NCBI GenBank assembly: GCA_032718475.1
Contig: JAUCBJ010006769.1
Coordinates: 1-64,000, forward strand
Reading direction: 5' to 3'
Length of the DNA: 64,000 bases
Origin: Nemertoderma westbladi
Lineage: Eukaryota; Animalia; Xenacoelomorpha
A program made the position numbers and the translations under genes. The notes below the pieces were generated by a model, which worked only from the letters and a program-made list of their open reading frames with translations, was not told the DNA's origin and ran no database searches. Position 1 is the first letter of the stretch. The number at the start of each line of letters is the position of its first letter. Positions 1 to 10,980 of this stretch are shown here, piece by piece.

Positions 1-920
1 AACATTAGTTCATTAGTGAATATAATGAATAAGAACACCATTGGAATCAGTCAATGAAGATAATTTTATTCCTTCGCTCGGGGAACTAATTGAGTTTCTA
101 TTAGAACTCCAAACCTCTATGGATGTTTGTGTTCCCATGATAGCTAAGCGGCATCCTGATGACATCATATCGTTACTATCATGGGGTTTCGTACATCGTC
201 GGCGGCCAGCGATCCCACGCCGGGCAGCCATGGCACCACCATGGGTGGGTCAGTAACGGTTGGATGTTGCGCGACACAAACGGAATAACGTGGATCTCGA
301 TTTTCATCATTCCTCCCAGATGGAGTCGAGGAGTCTGTGCGATGAGGATGCAACCTATCGATCCCAAGAACAGTGTGGCCACTGCAACTGGCAATCACAA
401 AGTTAGTACTCATTGTTTTCAAGTTCAACTGACATTGATTGCTTTGCAAGGTAATGCAATCAACTTCCAATCAATGGCCAATGACGTCTCTTCACCCAAG
501 TGACCAGATCAGATATATCGAGAATCACCTGTTTCCGAGTCCAGTTCCTGGAGACGCGAAGTGGCAATGGAAGAAATTATTACGAGTGAAGTTAAGGGGC
601 ACTCATTAGAAGATCAAACTAAAGGTTGGCGAATAAGGGACGAATAATTCTCATCATGTGATATTGTGGTTAGACTAAATATTATTACTGCATCGGCCAC
701 ATGGATAGGAGTTTGTGTCTCCGGGTGGCACGTATGGTACAGCAGCAGTGATTTGGCATTGCAATGCCAAAGAGTAGTATGAACAACCCTAGAAGGCTGT
801 GGTGCCGAATGGCGATTCGAGATTTTAGATTAACTACATTTTCGTGTTCGGAAGTCAAGATAACAAGACGGGATTCAGCCATCACGATAATATTTGAGTT
901 TACATTGATGAATATGCCGT

Positions 921-3900
921 CTAGTTTGAATTAACTTTCTTCAATTTATGTTTCGAGTGTTTCTGTTTCTTTAGATAATAAGTGCCGAAAAGTAGTGATT
1001 CAATTAGACGTTTTTGTAAATTATTAGATATAAAATCTTTAAGATCGCTTACAGCTCTTTCTGTAAATTCAAAATAATGAAAATCAGAATTGTCGAGAAG
1101 AACTTGGAAGGAGTCGGTTACCTTTTCATCAATTAAAGTATATCCATGTATTTTCGAAATGACTTCCGGTAAAACATCCCATGCTTGATGGATGTACGGT
1201 TCTGTACCACCAATCATTCGCCAAATGTTTGATAACCCATTAAATGTTTTATAATGGCAATGATCTGGTATTGATTTAGAGAATAATTCTACCATATCTT
1301 TTTGGATAAATCTCTGGTAAACATGATGTTGGTGAATGTTCCGGCACAGAAAGAGAACAAATTTTGTTTCTTCAAATGCGAAAAGTTCGGATTTTTCACA
1401 AGACATTGAATGTTGAAGGAAGCCATCTGGAAATGTTTTGCGCCAAGCTTCCAATCGTTGATCCAAAGGCGCTGATTGAGATAAATTTACAGCAGAAGTT
1501 GATAAGTCATCAACAAATTGGTTATATGGAGAATTAACCAGAAAAAAACGTTCGATTGCAGTCTTAGCATTTGGTCTCCATTTCATTGCTGTAACTATGG
1601 TGAACTTCGGACCTGGACTGAGAACTATTATGCGTATTACACCAAGCATGAAAAGTGTTTGCCGTTTTGTAATTTCAACAATATGCGCTGAATCTGTACA
1701 ATGTTCACTACGAAAATAAGGTCTATATAATCCGTGTATCATGGCATCACCATAATCATCTGCCTTTGATAAATCCGTATCTTTAAATAAAGTAATTACT
1801 TCTTTTGATACAGTTATCTCTTGACTATATTGTAATGTTCGTCCCGTTAATAATGACCGTGCAAGAACTGCTGTTTGCTTCTTTCTTTGTATTATGTCTT
1901 GCCTTCTTGCTGCTTCCTGTTCATCAACACCTTCAAAAGTATCATGATATGTCGGTCGTCGCACATATAAGGAAATTCCCAAATACTGGATAATTTTCGG
2001 TAAATAAACTAATGGACCTCTGGTAGCGTGTAGTAAAAATCCAGAACTATGGAATACTCTCAATGAGGAATCTTTAAGACTGAATAGTGATACATTTTCC
2101 AAATAGGTTCGCAAACCATCAACTAACCGCTTAGTCATCCAACGCAAACTTGCATGGTCGGGAAACTGCTCTACTGCTATTGAGAGTTCATTGCATATTG
2201 GCAAGAATGGATTATCGGTGGACTTGTTGTCAAGAAGTATTCCAGAAAGTGAAGGATGAGATTGTAATAACACCTCAATCAGTGTAGACTCTGAAGTAAA
2301 TTTATCAACATGTTCTGAAAGCTTATATTTTACACAGTAGACCAACATTGGAGCCTTTCGTTGTTCACAATGCCATACAGCTATTGCCATATTTACGACA
2401 CCAGGATCAATACCAATGGAACGGATTGTGTAGGAACTACTACCAGGACTAATTGCGTTAGTAGACCTAACATAAATTCCAAACCTTTCAATAATATTAT
2501 CAATTCCAAACGTTACAATGAACTTATCACTATTAACTGATAAAACAGATTCCTCAGCACGACGTTTAATGTCCATTTTAGAATTACTCAACTTCAAAAA
2601 TGTCTCCAGAGAGAATGGCTCCGCAAAGAGGTTACGGCAGCTATCGGCACGAGTAAATGCTACCTGAACAAGTTGGCTCAACAGTGATATGTTTGTTTGT
2701 ACTAATTTATCTGCATTTAGATTAACATAAACTGGTTTCTCACGGTATTCTTTTCCTTGGCATTTGTGTACTGTGATTGCGTGAAGTGGCACAAAGGGGA
2801 ACTGCGTTCGACTTATTCTTTCTGCAAATCGCCGTCTCTTTTTACCTGTGAGTCTTGCAGATATTGGGAATATTCGGACAAATGTAGGATTTAAAGGAAA
2901 CTCGCAATCAGATATACCCTCCTCATTGAAATCTGGAATGTCAACAATGACATGGTCTGGTTGGGGATGTTCACCATTCAACACAGCAGCAGCATCACTT
3001 TCATTAAAAACGATGTGTATCACAGTTCCTTGGGTACCATTGGCTATGCGCCTTTGGACACTGACATTATCAACAAATATAATTTTCAGGCCAACATATA
3101 ATGGAATACAGTCCTCCAACATTACATCAAATTCTGATGGGCTCAATCTATTTAGATTGGTAAAAGTTGCATTATATATCGACTTGGAAATGAATAATGT
3201 TTGATCAAGTGAACAAATCTGATCAACTGATAATTTGGCATTATTAAGCATTCTCGTAACATTGTCATACATTATACAAACTGGAAGCTCCCCCAGCGTC
3301 GCCATGCTTGGTGTGTTACCAAGTTCATTTATTGAATGAAAAACCGTCCTGTAGTCTATTTCATCTTGCTCCCCATTCCTAATACGACTGGTTAGTTTAG
3401 CTAGCTCATCATCAGACCTGTAAACTTTCCTTAAGCAGATAACATTCGGACGCATATGAGAGGCATATAATTGATGACCATATAACGAATGAGCTTTACC
3501 TTGACGATTTCTAAGCCGAATTCTAGCACCAGGGGAAACAACTTCAGATTGCGAGGGTGCATTCCACAGTTGGCGTGATGAAACAGGTGGGAGTTGTCCC
3601 ATATCTCCTACCAGTAGAAGCTTTTTGCCGCCCCACAGAATGTCTGGATTACCACTGGCATGGCGTAATGATGAGTCCAACAACGCTAATGTTCCTGGTT
3701 GGCACATAGAAATTTCATCTACTATGACAAAATCAACACTTTGAACATATTTCACAATGAGAGTTTGACGTGAAGTTACCTTGTCGGTATTCTGATCCCA
3801 TTGAGTCTTGTTGTTATACAAGCCAAAAAAACCTTCAAGTGTTGCGCAATACAAATTTGCAGCAGCAGCTCCACTGATACCTAATAACAAGACCTTTTCA

Positions 3901-6380
3901 CCAAGATGATAATAAATTCTCTTTATTACTTCGGTTTTACCAGAACCACCAGGTCCATGTAAAAATATTGTCTGAGGTGTAGGCTTGTTATTGATAGTGT
4001 CATTAATCATCAAATTGACAACAAGTTGTTGAGTATCATCCAATTTAGGCAAATCATTGAAATTTATGGGAATCTTAGGTCCACCTTTAAATGTCTTTGA
4101 TGATTTACAAAGCAATTTCCACTTTTGTTGAATTTGGGAATACAAGGGGGATTGCAAATTAATTGTTAAAAACGAATCTGCATTTCTGTCATCTAGTTCT
4201 TCTATGGCAGAACTCAAAATTCGATATGGATCCATATATGCATCAAAATCAAATGCATCACTAAGTATACAATCAATAGAAAGTGATTCTACATTTAAAT
4301 CAATCAAAGGTTCGTCTACAATATCAATAGTTTCTCCAGTTCCATCTGGCTCTTCTATGGGAATACAATTTAACTCGGATCTTATTTTGTACATTGCCTT
4401 TTTATGATCCATTTCACACCCATATGTATTTTGAAAGACACGAAATCGAAAACAAGGGTCATCAAATGTTCCATTTATACTCCTGTGGTGAAGTAATTCC
4501 ATCCATTTATTATGAAATGCCTTATAAATTAGAATTATATCTTTCTCACCATTTGATATTTGTTGTTGCAAATTCTCTGATATAATGTAATCACTAACAT
4601 TACCAGAAAATGGGATAAATGCGATACATTCTAATCTGACATTTTGTAGCAAATTCTTAAAATGGTTATCAATGGTGTTCCACGTGATACTATCGTCAAA
4701 TAACAGGGATTCAGGACGTCCGGTGATTAAATGTGGAATGAAATGTGGGATTCTGGTATCTTTAATTCCTTTATACGTAAATTTAGATTGCTCAGTGTGA
4801 GGCTTGAAATCCACCAGCGACAGAAATTCGAAATACGTAATTTTATCAGAAGGGATGAGACCACCTGGCCAATCATCTGAACACCGTTTGACATATGCTG
4901 TCACTGACGATTTCGGAGGCAATATAAACAATTTTTTTACCTGAAAGTTTGTAATTTCATTCGTATCAGCTTGTTCAACATTCACTATAGGTTCATCTTC
5001 TTCATTAGTTGCTACATCTTCAGATGGATTGTTCACTGATGGAGTTATTTGGCATAAAATAGGTGCACCACTAGAACACTTTAATGGGACAATACGTGGC
5101 ATGCATTTAATGACATCACTCAAGCCAAGGGCATGAAACATCAACTCCCATCTCGACATATCTTTCGGATTGAAAACATGGGCAATAGTTAGTCTCTTAA
5201 CCACACTTTGGATAGAAATATCTGGTTCACTTTCTACAACCTCCATTAATTTTACTACAGCATCATCAACACAAGAAAGCATACTTGTGCATTTGGAGAC
5301 ATATTTGAGGGTATAACGTAGCAATGCAAATGGACAACTTATAACAGTGAGATCACTATTTGCACGCCAATACAGCTGTAGAATTCTATTAACATTATTA
5401 AGGCGAGTAAATGATTTGTGTCGACGTTTTGTCAACACATGACATTCTGTAAATAACATTGACTCTGTTGTCTTTGCAAATCCAACTCTTGTAATATCTC
5501 TTCTAGGCTTAATACCGCCATGTCGACAACCATCCCCTTTTACATTTCCACCACATGTCTCAGGATAGCAATTATGCATTTGCACTATTGCGGCAAGCAA
5601 TGCACTCTCCTTGTTTTCTGAATTGCAGTGTTCTAAAGTATTAACTGTATCTCTCATCAGGGGATGATTTTGAGGAGTATACTTTGTGTCATCAGGAAGT
5701 TCATTCCAATCTTTCAGCAGTTTATATAAATCGATCAAATCTCCATTATCATCACAAAAATCAGTTTGAATCAGGCTATCATACACTTCCGTCATGTATC
5801 TTTCAGCAAGATAACCAGTATTAACAATATGTATTGCCTCACTCCTAAATTCTTCAGTCATTCTTCCTTGCAACCAATATTTTCTTACAGTTCGCATTCT
5901 TTGAATTAAATGAGCCAGCAGAATTAATTCGAATATGTGAGGTAACCTAGCAAGAAAGTGCCAATGCTGTACAGCACGTGTTGGACCCCATTCTACTCTT
6001 CCCCAATGCCAACTGTCTCTTGAATTGATGCTGCAAACTTTTCTGAAGAATGCATTGGTCATAATCTCCATTTTTAAACGGAGGTATTGCTCTATAATTG
6101 CTGCGTGTTTATCAAGCAATTTATCCCAAACCTTTCGATTTATTTCAAACCAAGAGTGTTGAAATACAGCATCCAAGCCATATTCTGATAAAAATACCAG
6201 CCGCCTCACACCATAATCTGTTCGCAGATTATTATTGAATGTGATAAACACATTTGGAAACCCTGAGTTGGTACAAACAGAATATAACTCTTGCCTCATA
6301 TGTTTCCACCGTTGGGCGGAATGGGGATATCGTCTTAGATGGGCAATAAGCATCGGTGCAACAGTTTCAGGATTGCCCAT
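921..6380 (-). CDS. RepHel protein, main part: HUH Rep + PIF1 (SF1B) helicase + RuvC/A22-like nuclease domain
   Basis: Rep motifs VFITFN, VEWGPTRAVQHWHF (HUH), RYTLKYVSK (Y2). Helicase motifs GPGGSGKT, VDEISM, GDMGQLPPV, IANGTQG, TVHKCQG, VAFTRA. C-terminal SIGIDPGVVNMA...IAVEQ...RKK...KADDYGDA. Confidence 0.92.
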   Translation of the reverse strand: MGNPETVAPMLIAHLRRYPHSAQRWKHMRQELYSVCTNSGFPNVFITFNNNLRTDYGVRRLVFLSEYGLDAVFQHSWFEINRKVWDKLLDKHAAIIEQYLRLKMEIMTNAFFRKVCSINSRDSWHWGRVEWGPTRAVQHWHFLARLPHIFELILLAHLIQRMRTVRKYWLQGRMTEEFRSEAIHIVNTGYLAERYMTEVYDSLIQTDFCDDNGDLIDLYKLLKDWNELPDDTKYTPQNHPLMRDTVNTLEHCNSENKESALLAAIVQMHNCYPETCGGNVKGDGCRHGGIKPRRDITRVGFAKTTESMLFTECHVLTKRRHKSFTRLNNVNRILQLYWRANSDLTVISCPFALLRYTLKYVSKCTSMLSCVDDAVVKLMEVVESEPDISIQSVVKRLTIAHVFNPKDMSRWELMFHALGLSDVIKCMPRIVPLKCSSGAPILCQITPSVNNPSEDVATNEEDEPIVNVEQADTNEITNFQVKKLFILPPKSSVTAYVKRCSDDWPGGLIPSDKITYFEFLSLVDFKPHTEQSKFTYKGIKDTRIPHFIPHLITGRPESLLFDDSITWNTIDNHFKNLLQNVRLECIAFIPFSGNVSDYIISENLQQQISNGEKDIILIYKAFHNKWMELLHHRSINGTFDDPCFRFRVFQNTYGCEMDHKKAMYKIRSELNCIPIEEPDGTGETIDIVDEPLIDLNVESLSIDCILSDAFDFDAYMDPYRILSSAIEELDDRNADSFLTINLQSPLYSQIQQKWKLLCKSSKTFKGGPKIPINFNDLPKLDDTQQLVVNLMINDTINNKPTPQTIFLHGPGGSGKTEVIKRIYYHLGEKVLLLGISGAAAANLYCATLEGFFGLYNNKTQWDQNTDKVTSRQTLIVKYVQSVDFVIVDEISMCQPGTLALLDSSLRHASGNPDILWGGKKLLLVGDMGQLPPVSSRQLWNAPSQSEVVSPGARIRLRNRQGKAHSLYGHQLYASHMRPNVICLRKVYRSDDELAKLTSRIRNGEQDEIDYRTVFHSINELGNTPSMATLGELPVCIMYDNVTRMLNNAKLSVDQICSLDQTLFISKSIYNATFTNLNRLSPSEFDVMLEDCIPLYVGLKIIFVDNVSVQRRIANGTQGTVIHIVFNESDAAAVLNGEHPQPDHVIVDIPDFNEEGISDCEFPLNPTFVRIFPISARLTGKKRRRFAERISRTQFPFVPLHAITVHKCQGKEYREKPVYVNLNADKLVQTNISLLSQLVQVAFTRADSCRNLFAEPFSLETFLKLSNSKMDIKRRAEESVLSVNSDKFIVTFGIDNIIERFGIYVRSTNAISPGSSSYTIRSIGIDPGVVNMAIAVWHCEQRKAPMLVYCVKYKLSEHVDKFTSESTLIEVLLQSHPSLSGILLDNKSTDNPFLPICNELSIAVEQFPDHASLRWMTKRLVDGLRTYLENVSLFSLKDSSLRVFHSSGFLLHATRGPLVYLPKIIQYLGISLYVRRPTYHDTFEGVDEQEAARRQDIIQRKKQTAVLARSLLTGRTLQYSQEITVSKEVITLFKDTDLSKADDYGDAMIHGLYRPYFRSEHCTDSAHIVEITKRQTLFMLGVIRIIVLSPGPKFTIVTAMKWRPNAKTAIERFFLVNSPYNQFVDDLSTSAVNLSQSAPLDQRLEAWRKTFPDGFLQHSMSCEKSELFAFEETKFVLFLCRNIHQHHVYQRFIQKDMVELFSKSIPDHCHYKTFNGLSNIWRMIGGTEPYIHQAWDVLPEVISKIHGYTLIDEKVTDSFQVLLDNSDFHYFEFTERAVSDLKDFISNNLQKRLIESLLFGTYYLKKQKHSKHKLKKVNSN

Positions 6381-6391
6381 TTTAAATTTAT

Positions 6392-7957
6392 CTAATAGTG
6401 TTTTGACATTAACTTCATCAAGTTCATTTTGTGTGTTGGATAAAACTGTATACTGTCCAAGGAATATGCTAAATGCATTTGGTCATAAGCAACAAAAGCA
6501 TAAACAGGATCTTCAGCATATGGCCATCTTAGCTTACCATCATTGCCAAATACTGCATATCGCAACTGGTGAGCTAGTGCTTGCTTGTGAACATTGATTC
6601 CAGCAAATTTCACATTTCCATCATCATCTTCCCTATACATAATACATGTTAATGAACGCTGGCCATCAGAATGTAAATCTGGAAATTGCTCCTCCAGTTT
6701 CCAATGAAAAGATGACAACTTTCCGTCCCACATATTCCTGAGATTTATCTTAATCGGGGAACCTACCAACTCACTCTCCATAGCCTGTCGGACACTCGTC
6801 TGCAAATAACCACCTAAACTTTCATTAAGTCGATACATGCTATGCTGTGAAGCGTCTGACTGGGCATACATATCATCTTGGACTGCTCTAACTGCTGCTG
6901 GGGCAACATCAATAGTATTCACGATGTCATCTGTACACTGAACACTCAGTGTTTCTAATAAATCATGATTAATGGTGAATATATCTTTGTATCCTTCTCT
7001 ATTGTTCAAGAGATGAGTTGTCCAGGATTTGACAACATCTGACCGCACTGGAAGTTTCCGAAAACTCGAGCCATCCATCCTTTCAGACATTATTAAAACA
7101 TCACATGAATGTTCGAGATGAGGTAAAACATGATTCAGTGTATTTCGAATTTTATGGCCAACAACTAAACAATGGCTTCCAAATACTTGTCTACGGTTAT
7201 AATTAAACATTATACTTGTAAATGCCTGTTGTTTTGCTATAAGGCAACGTTCAGCTGGTGTGCAAAGTGGAAGCTTCCCGACATTGGCTTGAAATGTTGC
7301 TGCTGGTTCAGTTGTACTTAGAGCAATATCCCTCACACTAGAAGTCTTCTTACTGCGTGCTCTCCTAGAATTAGCTTGGCACCGTTTACATTCTTTAAAT
7401 TTAGATGAGTCATAATTTAACTCTAGATATATTTCACAACAAGTTGTACAATGTTTTAATTTCCAACCAGTAGACCAGTCCTCAACAGCCTTTCTCATAA
7501 CGTATTGTACATATCGTGAATCTTGGGACCTTATTTTATCAACTTCCTTTTGCTCAGCATCATTCAAAAATTTAGTATGATCTCTGGGCCGCTGATCCCA
7601 AGGCCATAATGGAATTTGCATTTGGTTTGATTGTTGCTGTGCCTCAGGAAGAATAACATCCTCAAAAACGCCACATTCATTTTCATTCGGATCCACATTC
7701 TGAAGTTGAATATTTATTATTTCATCGTCTCGAGGTATTCCCCAATTGTTTAGAGAATTCTTTAATTTATTAACTTCACCCTCCAGTTTGCAGAAAAATT
7801 GGCACTTTTCTGAAAATTTCATTCTATCAGTCCAGGACGCAGGAGAAGGAATTAAGGAGGAACCAGCTATATTTTTCTTCTTCACTTTATCGGATACACT
7901 ACAATCAGATATAGAAGCGGACGCACTGGAGATGCCATCCTTTTGACATTGCACCAA
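6392..7957 (-). CDS. RepHel N-terminal region (Zn ribbon + DUF6570-like), frameshifted from the Rep ORF
   Basis: CTTC..CKRC, LPLCTPAERCLIAK, VRSDVVKSWTTHLLNNREGYKDI, EEQFPDLHSDG and YAEDPVYAFVAYD match motifs typical of the region preceding Rep in Helitron2/Helentron proteins. Confidence 0.8.
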   Translation of the reverse strand: MVQCQKDGISSASASISDCSVSDKVKKKNIAGSSLIPSPASWTDRMKFSEKCQFFCKLEGEVNKLKNSLNNWGIPRDDEIINIQLQNVDPNENECGVFEDVILPEAQQQSNQMQIPLWPWDQRPRDHTKFLNDAEQKEVDKIRSQDSRYVQYVMRKAVEDWSTGWKLKHCTTCCEIYLELNYDSSKFKECKRCQANSRRARSKKTSSVRDIALSTTEPAATFQANVGKLPLCTPAERCLIAKQQAFTSIMFNYNRRQVFGSHCLVVGHKIRNTLNHVLPHLEHSCDVLIMSERMDGSSFRKLPVRSDVVKSWTTHLLNNREGYKDIFTINHDLLETLSVQCTDDIVNTIDVAPAAVRAVQDDMYAQSDASQHSMYRLNESLGGYLQTSVRQAMESELVGSPIKINLRNMWDGKLSSFHWKLEEQFPDLHSDGQRSLTCIMYREDDDGNVKFAGINVHKQALAHQLRYAVFGNDGKLRWPYAEDPVYAFVAYDQMHLAYSLDSIQFYPTHKMNLMKLMSKHY

Positions 7958-7972
7958 TGGAGATGCGTTCGG

Positions 7973-9184
7973 TTATCTGAAACGTACACGTGCATAGTAA
8001 GCTTTAATTCGTTCAGCTGATCTCACCACAGGATCTAACCGCTTCTTACGCATAGATTCCCGGTTGGCTAAACGAACAGCAGGATCTAATCGTTTCGTAC
8101 GTTTTGATAATCGTTCAGCCGATCTAACTTCAGGATCTAACCGCTTTGTACGTTTTGATAATCGTTCAGCCGATCTAACTTCAGGATCTAACCGTTTCGT
8201 ACGTTTTGATAATCGTTCAGCCGATCTAACTTCAGGATCTAACCGTTTTGTATGTTTTGATAATCGTTCAGCCGATCTAACTTCAGGATCTAACCGTTTC
8301 GTATGTTTTGATAATCGTTCAGCCAATCTAACTTCAGGATCCAACCGTTGCGTACGTTTTGATAATCGTTCAGAAGATCTAACTTCAGCATCTAACCGTT
8401 TCTTCCGCATAGATTCCCGGTTGGCTAAACGAACAGCAGGATCTAATCGTTTCGTACGTTTTGATAATCGTTCAGCCGATCTAACTTCAGGATCTAACCG
8501 CTTTGTACGTTTTGATAATCGTTCAGCCGATCTAACTTCAGGATCTAACCGTTTTGTATGTTTTGATAATCGTTCAGCCGATCTAACTTCAGGATCTAAC
8601 CGTTTCGTATGTTTTGATAATCGTTCAGCCGATCTAACTTCAGGATCTAACCGTTTCGTATGTTTTGATAATCGTTCAGCCAATCTAACTTCAGGATCCA
8701 ACCGTTGCGTACGTTTTGATAATCGTTCAGAAGATCTAACTTCAGGATCTAACCGTTTCTTCCGCATAGATTCCCGGTTGGCTAAACGAACAGCAGGATC
8801 TAATCGTTTCGTACGTTTTGATAATCGTTCAGCCGATCTAACTTCAGGATCTAACCGCTTTGTACGTTTTGATAATCGTTCAGCCGATCTAACTTCAGGA
8901 TCTAACCGCTTTGTACGTTTTGATAATCGTTCAGCCGATCTAACTTCAGGATCTAACCGCTTTGTACGTTTTGATAATCGTTCAGCCGATCTAACTTCAG
9001 GATCTAACCGTTTCGTACTTTTTGATAAACGCTCAGTAGATTTCACAGCAGGATCGAATCGCCTTTTTTGCATTTTCTCACGAGCTTCAATACGTAAGGA
9101 ATGAATTTTGCATAACTTGGAGCGCACTTGATGGGTTTTAAGTCCACGTCCCGAATTAAACGGCCGTTGGCAAGTATCACACAT
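7973..9184 (-). CDS. RepHel extreme N-terminus: C2H2-like zinc finger plus basic 17-aa helical repeats
   Basis: CDTCQRPFNSGRGLKTH followed by about 20 RLDPEVRSAERLSKRTK units. A TTTTGTTTTAG acceptor-like site at ~9189 suggests an upstream exon. Confidence 0.7.
   Translation of the reverse strand: MCDTCQRPFNSGRGLKTHQVRSKLCKIHSLRIEAREKMQKRRFDPAVKSTERLSKSTKRLDPEVRSAERLSKRTKRLDPEVRSAERLSKRTKRLDPEVRSAERLSKRTKRLDPEVRSAERLSKRTKRLDPAVRLANRESMRKKRLDPEVRSSERLSKRTQRLDPEVRLAERLSKHTKRLDPEVRSAERLSKHTKRLDPEVRSAERLSKHTKRLDPEVRSAERLSKRTKRLDPEVRSAERLSKRTKRLDPAVRLANRESMRKKRLDAEVRSSERLSKRTQRLDPEVRLAERLSKHTKRLDPEVRSAERLSKHTKRLDPEVRSAERLSKRTKRLDPEVRSAERLSKRTKRLDPEVRSAERLSKRTKRLDPAVRLANRESMRKKRLDPVVRSAERIKAYYARVRFR
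8005..9065. repeat. Coding 51-bp tandem repeat with 357-bp (7-unit) higher-order structure
   Basis: AGGATCTAA recurs every 51 bp; the variant unit TTGGCTAAACGAACAGC occurs at 8064, 8421 and 8778. Confidence 0.95.
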
Positions 9185-9644
9185 AAATCTAAAACAAAAT
9201 AAAAATAAATAATAATAGTATATGAATTATGAAGCAGTGATAGGTGACTGCAATTGAACTGTTACACCATGCCCTGGAATATAATGTCTTAATTAAATTC
9301 GATATAGATAGGACTCACTTCTTACTTATAAAATAATTAATCGCGCATTATTTAGGCCTATTACATTTTAATACAATTTACTACACCCTTAAGATTTATT
9401 ATAATTTATATATTTTATGCGATTTGTGCTTAATATAGTATGTATTATATGAACCTTGATGGTTTGAATAAAATAAAATAATAATAATAATTCAGTAGTT
9501 TGGTCCCCCCACCCAAAATAAAAATATTTCTACAAATCGTAATGAGATTGCATGAAATTTAAAACAGAGATAGTTACATCTCCGAGCTCCGACCACTTAC
9601 TGGGTGAGCCAGAATTTTTATTTTTGCTTTCATTCTTTAGCTAC

Positions 9645-9995
9645 AAGTGTTTAACATATAATAACAACTTAGCAGTAGAAATTGTTGTTCATTATTCTTG
9701 ATGTTGGCTTCTATTCCAATGATGTCATTTCCTGATTTGATTTCATTAATGTTGCTGAAGATACTTCTCCTGTAGAGTAAAGCAACACCACCCGCACTTC
9801 GACCGCCATTACCGAAAGCTTTCGTATACCCACCCAAAGTTGTTGTCTAGACTGTTGAAAAGATGTGATGCTTCGAGCTCATTGAGCCAGTGCTCTTGAA
9901 GTGCTACAACATCGTTTTCACCAAGAAGGTGCTGCACTTCATCGAAACTAGAGGCTAAGCCCATGCAATTAAATGTGGCAACACGAAGTTCCACA
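9645..9995 (-). pseudogene. Non-LTR retrotransposon AP-endonuclease N-terminal fragment
   Basis: LRVATFNCMGL...DVVALQEHWL, then a frameshift to GGRSAGGVALLYR...LLLSCY. Confidence 0.8.
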
Positions 9996-10769
9996 GTTTT
10001 ACTTATGTTTGAGGCCTGACCAACTAACCCTAACCAAAATAACAAACCAAATATCCCATAAAAGCCAAGACAGCAAGGTGTGGCCCACAATAGACTTCGT
10101 AGTGGCAGCTATGGCAGACAGTCAAGTTACAGTATAATACTACCAGTACGGTAGATGAAACTGTTAGTACCTGAAAGTGCATTGAACCAACTTCACAGAA
10201 ACATGAAGAAAGTAAAGTAACCAACCTTAGTGGTGAATCTTGTACAGCTTCCGCATCCATAGTAATAGTAGCTGGACTCTGGACAGTGGAGTACAGAAGA
10301 TGGACTTGTTTCTTCAGAATCTTGTATGACTTAAAGGTACCGGTACATCTTGAAATAAATATCCTTTGCTTTTATGTAATTCGCACATATCTAAATGTAA
10401 AAAATAAAGGAATATATAAACTCAGAGACTTTCACAATATACATGTCGGATGTCGCCGGTGGTACTTAAACTTGATTGATGGATACAGATAGAACTAAGC
10501 AACCTACTGCCCTTCACCCTACAGCCCAATGAAACATAAACTGATAATAAACATTTCAGAAGCACTGCAATTATATGGTACGGTAACCGATGAAGCTTCC
10601 TAAAAATTATATTGTATGCCATTTGATTTGATACCGGTAATAATAGTAAGTATAAAGGCATTTAGATTGAATGTTACATTTAAAAAAAGAAGCCGGAGGC
10701 GGAGGCCGGCCCCATTTTTATACAGGTAGCTGCTAGGTCATATAGGTAGAGGTGGGCGCTACTCATGTA

Positions 10770-10980
10770 TCCCAGTATCCCTAGTTTTGTTCTTCTCAGT
10801 ACCGTAATTCAACTGGTACTCATTTTCTCGACGCCATTGGATGAAAGGCTGAGTGGACCCTAGCATTGGCGGGGCTCGAACCTCGAACCTACATCCTACA
10901 ACCAGCAATAGATAGTGAGCCTGAAGCCTGGCACGCACAGTGGCACATGGCGCTCAACAACTGAGCTACCCCGCGCCCGC
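10770..10980 (-). mobile_element. tRNA-derived SINE with Nin/Deu-like core
   Basis: Minus strand: A box TAGCTCAGTTG, B box GGTTCGAGCCC, then GGGTCCACTCAGCCTTTCATCC...GAGAAAATGAGTACCAG, resembling the conserved Nin-domain core (recognised from memory). Confidence 0.65.

Larger units (their letters stand above)
921..9184 (-). mobile_element. Helitron-like rolling-circle transposon (Helitron2/Helentron type), coding region; termini not identified
   Basis: Three consecutive minus-strand ORFs give the order ZnF/repeats, DUF6570-like, HUH Rep, PIF1 helicase. ORF1 and ORF2 are in the same frame, separated only by TAA at 7973-7975. ORF2 to ORF3 needs a 1-nt frameshift near 6460. Confidence 0.9.

Noticed and set aside
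1-890. Short ORFs downstream of RepHel as cargo genes or a 3' terminus
   Set aside because: No recognisable motifs and no clear hairpin+CTRR end.
1720-2430. Fanzor/TnpB captured by a Helitron
   Set aside because: Fused in frame to the helicase; no CxxC Zn finger or RuvC-III DxNA motif; ends K.DD..D like A22/Ydc2.
8005-9104. CRISPR-like array, or the 346-aa plus-strand ORF
   Set aside because: Contiguous coding repeat without unique spacers; the plus ORF is an antisense shadow.
9645-9995. AP endonuclease as the Helentron endonuclease
   Set aside because: It lies upstream of RepHel, is truncated and frameshifted, and looks like a LINE remnant.
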